39,186 bases of DNA from an uncultured Collinsella sp. (lineage in GTDB: Bacteria; Actinomycetota; Coriobacteriia; Coriobacteriales; Coriobacteriaceae). The notes under the pieces were generated by a model. That model was not told the DNA's origin and ran no database searches. It saw only the letters and a list, made by a program, of their open reading frames with translations. Position 1 is the stretch's first letter. Every line of letters begins with the position of its first letter. The translations under genes and the position numbers were made by a program. Shown in pieces: positions 33,721 through 39,186 of this stretch. The stretch spans positions 1-39,186 of the forward strand of contig URNU01000001.1 of NCBI GenBank assembly GCA_900549275.1, given 5' to 3'.

Positions 33721-36525
33721 CTATAGCGAAACGGATCCGTTTTTCTTGATGCGGGCGAGTATGTTTTTGAGCTTGTTAAAGTCGATCGGTTTGGACAGAT
33801 GAGCGTTCATGCCGGCAGCGTGTGCCGCCTGGGCGTCTTCGGCAAAGGCGTTGGCGGTGAGCGCGATGATGGGGATATCGGCTGCATCGACCTTCTCGCT
33901 CAGACGAATCGCGCGGGTTGCCTCGTAGCCGTCCATGCCCGGCATCATAATGTCCATCAGGATCGCATCGAAGCTGCCGGCGGGATGCGACAGGTACAGA
34001 TCGACGGCTTCGTTGCCGTTGGCGGCGCGGGTGACCACGACGCCTTCGGATTCTAGCAGCGCCTGGGCAATCTCGGCATTCAATTCGTTGTCTTCGGCGA
34101 GCAGCACGTTCATGTTGGCGAGCGAGCAGTCGAGCGCTCTCTCGACCGTATTCGCCCGCGCCTGGGGGTTCTTGTCGATATCGAGCGGAATCTGGACGTT
34201 GAACGTACTCCCCACGCCAACCTCACTCGAAATCTCAATCGTACCGCCCATCAGTTCAATAAGCGACTTGACGATTGGCATACCCATGCCGGTTCCTTGG
34301 AACTTGCTGCGCGCATCGTCACCTTCTTGGGCAAACGGCTCATAGATATGCTTTAAAAACTCGGGAGCCATGCCAATGCCGGTATCCGAAACGCTAAAGC
34401 AAAAGAGCGCGCGCCCGTTATCGAGTGGCTTGGTCTTTGAGCTAAAGGTGACGGAGCCGCCGTGCTTGTTGTACTTAATGCTGTTGTCTAACAGGTTGAT
34501 CATGATCTGTCGGATATGGGTGGGACTGCCGATCATGTATGGCCCCGTGGCGTACGGCAGACTATTGTCCTGCATGGTGATGCCGTTATCGGATGCGCGG
34601 AGCTTGCACAGCACTAGCGTATCGTCACAGAGTTCTTTGAGGTTAAAAGGCGCATGTTCCAGTGTTAGCTTGCGGTCTTCGATTTTGCCCATTTCGAGGA
34701 TGTCGTTGATCAGCGAGAGCAGATGATTGGCGGCAACGCGCGCCTTGGCACGGCTCTCGCGGGCGACTTGCATATCGCCTTCCTTCAGTTCCTCGATCTC
34801 GATAAGGCCCAGGATGCCGTTGAGCGGCGTGCGGATGTCGTGGCTCATGCGCGTGAGGAATGCCGTCTTAGCGGCGTTGGCAGCGTCGGCTTTCCGCTGT
34901 TCTTTCTGCGCACGTTGAAGCGACCAGGCAAGGATGACGATGCTGGTGAGCAAAATGCAGATGATAACAGTCACAATGGCGGCGCGGTTGCGGTAGAGAA
35001 ACTGGAACGTGTCCGATTCCTGTGCCGTGTACGACGTTGAGGAGTAGCTGCTGGCGGAGAGCGATTCGCCGGCATTGATGATGCCCTTATTAATGATTCC
35101 CAGCAGTTCGGGCTTGCCACGAGAAATCCAGCACGAGAGCTCACAGGTGTCAGGGAGCTCGATCGTCTCGCAGTCCTCGAGATCATAACGGTCGCCGATG
35201 GTTTTTACGCGTGAACTGGGAGCGACGATGCAGTGCACCGTTCCCTTCCTGAGGGCGTCGAACGCTTCATCGTCGGATTGGTATTCGGTTACGGTCGCTG
35301 TGGGGAACAGACTTTCAAGTGCATTTTGGTTGATAAACGATGATTTGGTACAGGCGATGCTCTGAAGGTCTTTGTTCAGGTCGCTGCCGGTGTGGATGGC
35401 GGTGAGGGACATGGTCCCCAACGATACCGACTGCACAACGCCTGTTTGCTCGGCAAACCAGTAATCTCGGTATACCGGCAGCGCAACGTCTATGCTCCCC
35501 TTTGACAGGGCCTTTGACATCATCTTGTAGCTATCAAAGGCGACGGTTTTGACCGTAATGCCAAATTTATCGTGCAGCGTCGTCGCAAGCGATGCGAGCG
35601 AGCCTTCCATTTCGCCGTCTTCGTCTTCGTTACAGTAGGGGAGTTTGCCCGTAATGTAGCCGAGCGTGATGGTGTTGTCATTTGCTTTGAGCCAGGAACA
35701 TTCGGGGCCGTTGAGCGATGATGAACCGCTGTTTTGGGTCGAGTAGCTAGATTTGACTTCGTCGTTATAGCGTGGGTTGACGCGGGCGATTGCCGTCATG
35801 GCAGCATTGATGTTGTTCATCAGGTCGGGGCGGCTTTTGGGAACGGCAAAGTAGTAGTCGCTCGAACCAATGTAGAACATGGGGGAGGCACTGGGCGACG
35901 AGATCGTGTCATTCATGATGACGGCATCGACCTCGTTGTTTGCGAGCGCGTCAAAGAGAACGGAGTCTCCGTCATACTCCCTGTATGTGCAGGCGATTCC
36001 TTCGTTGGTGAGCCACTGCTGGCCAACGAAGGTTTGCATAACGCCGGGGTTGTAGCCGATGGTAAGGCCCTGGAGCGCTTGGGGGTCACCCTTGGCCAGA
36101 TCGTCGCGATCGGGCCTGGCGTAGATGTAGTAGCGTTCGGTGCCCTCGGGGTTCGAGGAAAAGAGCAGCTTTTGGGCGCGTTCCTCGGAGTAGGAGATGT
36201 TGGGCATGAGGTCGATCTCGCCCGCCTCGAGCATGTCCATAAGCTCGGTGAAGGTGCCGGTGACGTATTCGTACCGCCAGCCGGGCGTGTAGTACGACAG
36301 GGTCTGGAGGTACTCGTAGCCCCATCCCGAGAGACGCTCGCCGGGAGTGCCGTCCTGGAAGCCCTCGTTGTTGACGAGCCAGCCGACGCGGACCGTCTTG
36401 ACTTGCTGATCGGAGTCGGCGGCAAAGGCGGGGGCGGGCGCGACGGCGCTCAGTACGGTGAGCGCGGTAAGCGCAACGACCAGAGCGCGACATATAACTG
36501 AACGAAGGACAGTGGCAGCTCTCAC
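33721..36525 (-). CDS. Hybrid histidine kinase with two fused solute-binding sensor domains
   Basis: Signal peptide (APAFA), tandem SBP-like domains, TM, MSHDIRTP, NSIKY, GTGMG, REC; start GTG 36525 or TTG 36531. Confidence 0.92.
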   Translation of the reverse strand: MRAATVLRSVICRALVVALTALTVLSAVAPAPAFAADSDQQVKTVRVGWLVNNEGFQDGTPGERLSGWGYEYLQTLSYYTPGWRYEYVTGTFTELMDMLEAGEIDLMPNISYSEERAQKLLFSSNPEGTERYYIYARPDRDDLAKGDPQALQGLTIGYNPGVMQTFVGQQWLTNEGIACTYREYDGDSVLFDALANNEVDAVIMNDTISSPSASPMFYIGSSDYYFAVPKSRPDLMNNINAAMTAIARVNPRYNDEVKSSYSTQNSGSSSLNGPECSWLKANDNTITLGYITGKLPYCNEDEDGEMEGSLASLATTLHDKFGITVKTVAFDSYKMMSKALSKGSIDVALPVYRDYWFAEQTGVVQSVSLGTMSLTAIHTGSDLNKDLQSIACTKSSFINQNALESLFPTATVTEYQSDDEAFDALRKGTVHCIVAPSSRVKTIGDRYDLEDCETIELPDTCELSCWISRGKPELLGIINKGIINAGESLSASSYSSTSYTAQESDTFQFLYRNRAAIVTVIICILLTSIVILAWSLQRAQKEQRKADAANAAKTAFLTRMSHDIRTPLNGILGLIEIEELKEGDMQVARESRAKARVAANHLLSLINDILEMGKIEDRKLTLEHAPFNLKELCDDTLVLCKLRASDNGITMQDNSLPYATGPYMIGSPTHIRQIMINLLDNSIKYNKHGGSVTFSSKTKPLDNGRALFCFSVSDTGIGMAPEFLKHIYEPFAQEGDDARSKFQGTGMGMPIVKSLIELMGGTIEISSEVGVGSTFNVQIPLDIDKNPQARANTVERALDCSLANMNVLLAEDNELNAEIAQALLESEGVVVTRAANGNEAVDLYLSHPAGSFDAILMDIMMPGMDGYEATRAIRLSEKVDAADIPIIALTANAFAEDAQAAHAAGMNAHLSKPIDFNKLKNILARIKKNGSVSL

Positions 36526-36605
36526 ATGCAATCCTAACGAATCGAGACATTACCGCATAAGAATACCAGCTCCGCCTGCCCAGTCGGCAGCAGCACCGCT
36601 AGACG

Positions 36606-36681
36606 GTCCCACAACCGGCAGTTGGAGACAGTCCCTTTCTGCCGGCACAAAAGGAACGTCCCTAACTGCCGGTTGTGGGAC
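36606..36681. repeat. GTCCC/GGGAC-type long palindrome
   Basis: GTCCCACAACCGGCAGTT...AACTGCCGGTTGTGGGAC 18-bp arms enclosing GACAGTCCC and GAACGTCCC. Confidence 0.8.
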
Positions 36682-36725
36682 AATACCGAGCGAACGTGAT
36701 TGGGCGTCTGGGAAAAGGGATCGCG

Positions 36726-37151
36726 ATGAACAAGTTGAGAACGCTTGCCGACGTGCTGCGACAGGCTGGCTTTGCGCGCATCACGGGCTTGTTTCTTATC
36801 TTTTACCTGCTGTGCTCGACGGCCGTCTGGCTGTCCGAGCCTACGACCCTCACCTTTGGCGATGGACTTTGGTTTAGCTTTGAGACGGTCTCGACCATCG
36901 GCTTTGGCGACATTCCGGCCGAAACACCGGTTGCCCGCGCTATTACCGTCGTCTTGAGCGTTATTAGCATCTTCTACATCGCCATGCTCACGGGCGTGGC
37001 GGTGAACTACTGCAATACGCTCATCAAGATGCGTCAAAAGGACACCATGGCGCGCTTTATAGACGATCTTGAGCATTTGGAAGAGCTCGATCGCGACCAG
37101 CTCGCCGATCTGTCGCGCCGCGTGCGCGAATATCGGCGCCGCCAACGCTAG
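36726..37151 (+). CDS. Two-TM potassium channel family protein
   Basis: Pore helix and filter STIGFGD between two TMs. Confidence 0.9.
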   Translation: MNKLRTLADVLRQAGFARITGLFLIFYLLCSTAVWLSEPTTLTFGDGLWFSFETVSTIGFGDIPAETPVARAITVVLSVISIFYIAMLTGVAVNYCNTLIKMRQKDTMARFIDDLEHLEELDRDQLADLSRRVREYRRRQR

Positions 37152-37187
37152 AGCGGGCGTCGCGCGTCACGACGAGGGGGACTGAAT

Positions 37188-37721
37188 ATGAATATCACGG
37201 TATACCTGGGCGCCAGCGTTGGTAACGACCCAGCATTTCTGCCTGCGGTGCAAGAGCTGGGCAACTGGATTGGCTCCAACGGGCACGCGCTGGTATACGG
37301 CGGGTCCAAGTCGGGTCTGATGGGTGCGCTCGCCGATAGCGTGCTCGATGCCGGCGGACATGTGACGGGTGTGGAGCCGAGCTTTTTTATCGAGGCTGAG
37401 TTTCAGCACGACGGAATCGACGACCTTATCGTGACGAGTGATATGGCAGAGCGTAAGGCAAAGATGATCGAGCTCGGCGATGCGTTCATTGCCTTTCCGG
37501 GCGGCACGGGCACGCTCGAGGAGATTGCCGAGGTTATGTCCGCGGTATCGTTGGGGCATTTGGATGCGCCGTGCATCTTGTACAACCTCGGGGGTTACTA
37601 CAACGATCTTAAGGCGCTGCTCGGGCACATGATTGATAAGGGTTTATCGAGCCCGCAGCGCCAGCAAGGCATTTACTTTGCCGAGGATCTGTGCGAAATC
37701 GCATCAATTATCAACGAATAA
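37188..37721 (+). CDS. LOG family nucleotide phosphoribohydrolase
   Basis: LVYGG, GLMG, MAERK, PGGTGTLEE. Confidence 0.92.
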   Translation: MNITVYLGASVGNDPAFLPAVQELGNWIGSNGHALVYGGSKSGLMGALADSVLDAGGHVTGVEPSFFIEAEFQHDGIDDLIVTSDMAERKAKMIELGDAFIAFPGGTGTLEEIAEVMSAVSLGHLDAPCILYNLGGYYNDLKALLGHMIDKGLSSPQRQQGIYFAEDLCEIASIINE

Positions 37722-37846
37722 GCCTTGAGCCTGTCCCGCCGTGGTCCCCGGTGGCTCCGTTTGCAGCGCAGACGGTTGGCTTGACTGGGCTACACTCGCT
37801 CTACAATAAAACGTATCTATGTCGACTTTGACCGCGGGAGGACCCG

Positions 37847-39151
37847 ATGGATAAGCTCGCTAAACCCACGAACCGAGCGCTGTTTTTGGTGAGCGTTGCC
37901 GTGACCGGCGCACTCGCGGGTGCCGCAGTCTGGCTGTTCTTTTTTGTGATGGAGCACGGTATCGACTATCTATGGACAGAGATTCCGCACGCGCTGGGCG
38001 TCGCTTCGCCCGAGCTCGCCAGCGGCCCGTTCGGTTTTCTGCCGTACCCGTTTTTTGTCTGCCTGCTGGGCGGCCTGTTAATCGGTCTGTACGAAAAGAT
38101 GACAGGCACCAAGACCGATGACCTCAACCAGGTGATGGCTAAGGTCAAGCAAGACGGGCGCTACCCGTACGACAACCTGGGCAAGCTTTCGCTCGCGGCA
38201 TTGCTGCCGCTGCTGTTTGGCGGAAGTATTGGACCGGAGGCCGGCCTGACCGGCGTTATCGCTGGTCTGTGCAGCTGGGTCGGCGACCGCATGCGTCGCT
38301 TTGGCGCCGAGTTTAGGGAGCTCACGCTGCTGGGCACCCAGGCTGCCCTGACGGCGCTCTTTACCGCGCCCGTCTTTGGCTTTGTGGCGCCGCTCGCCGG
38401 TAGCGCCGACGGCCAGGGCGAAGGCGCCGACGATGAGTCCGCATCCGGCGAGATCACCATCAAGCTGCCCAAGGCGCAAAAGACGGTGGTCTATGGCATT
38501 GCGATTGCCGGCGGTCTGGGCACCTACCTGCTGCTTGGCCAGCTTGTGGGCGGCGGCATGGGCATGCCCAGGTTCGAGTCCGCCGAGGTGGGCAACCTGG
38601 AACTTGTCTGGCTCATTCCGCTGGCGTTGGTCGGCACGGTCTGCGGCTGGCTGTACTTTGTCTCCGAGCATGCAAGCGAGGCACTGTCCCATGCAATAGG
38701 GGAGCGTCCTGTCGTCAAGGCCATGCTGGCCGGTCTGGCGCTCGCCATCTGCGGTACGGTCCTGCCCTACACCATGTTTGCCGGCGAGACCCAGGCCGAC
38801 GTGCTCATGGAAACCTATCTGACCATTCCCGCCGGCGTGCTTATCGCGACCGGTCTTGTTAAGGCCATGCTGACGCCCGCCCTCATCAACCTTGGTTGGC
38901 GCGGCGGCCACTTCTTCCCGGTTATCTTCTCGGGTGTGAGCCTGGGCTATGGCCTTGCCATCCTCACCGGTGCCGATCCGGTCTTTTGCGTCGCCGTCTG
39001 CACGGCCTCGACGATGGGCGCCGTCATGCGCCAGCCCGTCATGGTCGTGGGCCTGCTGCTCATGTGCTTCCCGCTCAAGGGTATCGTCTGCATGATCATC
39101 GCCGCCGTTATCGCCGCCGGCATTCCGCTGCCCAAGCCGCTGCGTAAATAG
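37847..39151 (+). CDS. ClC / voltage-gated chloride channel family protein
   Basis: Multi-TM, GGSIGPEAG, GGHFFP; GGAGG RBS. Confidence 0.85.
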   Translation: MDKLAKPTNRALFLVSVAVTGALAGAAVWLFFFVMEHGIDYLWTEIPHALGVASPELASGPFGFLPYPFFVCLLGGLLIGLYEKMTGTKTDDLNQVMAKVKQDGRYPYDNLGKLSLAALLPLLFGGSIGPEAGLTGVIAGLCSWVGDRMRRFGAEFRELTLLGTQAALTALFTAPVFGFVAPLAGSADGQGEGADDESASGEITIKLPKAQKTVVYGIAIAGGLGTYLLLGQLVGGGMGMPRFESAEVGNLELVWLIPLALVGTVCGWLYFVSEHASEALSHAIGERPVVKAMLAGLALAICGTVLPYTMFAGETQADVLMETYLTIPAGVLIATGLVKAMLTPALINLGWRGGHFFPVIFSGVSLGYGLAILTGADPVFCVAVCTASTMGAVMRQPVMVVGLLLMCFPLKGIVCMIIAAVIAAGIPLPKPLRK

Positions 39152-39186
39152 CACGGTGGCACACGCCGGGGACATGCCGTTTGCCA

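Overview
GC-rich chromosomal window whose gene content and style suggest a gut Coriobacteriia (Collinsella-like) genome; this is an inference, not a database result. The left ~6 kb looks accessory: a beta-class DNA methyltransferase with a downstream partner running off the edge, a structured intergenic region, a MerR-controlled redox/hydrolase operon with a flavodoxin remnant, and an AAA/DUF4143 ATPase. Next come a Topo IV-like parE-parC pair with an upstream SOS box, an XRE/membrane-protein pair, and a ~1455-aa Tat-signal plus LAxTG surface protein with a LuxR-type regulator. A two-component system is divergent from a small CXXC peptide / membrane polyferredoxin / TlpA redox module, followed by a fused ABC transporter and a nested palindromic repeat element at 24.6-25.5 kb. 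The right part holds dus, glutaredoxin, an XRE-Zn ribbon-TipAS regulator, tsaA, a MalY/PatB enzyme, an SBP with two hybrid kinases, a Nim-like flavoprotein, a K+ channel, LOG and a ClC-type protein. No rRNA, tRNA, CRISPR array, integrase or transposase was seen. All family calls come from motif recognition by eye.
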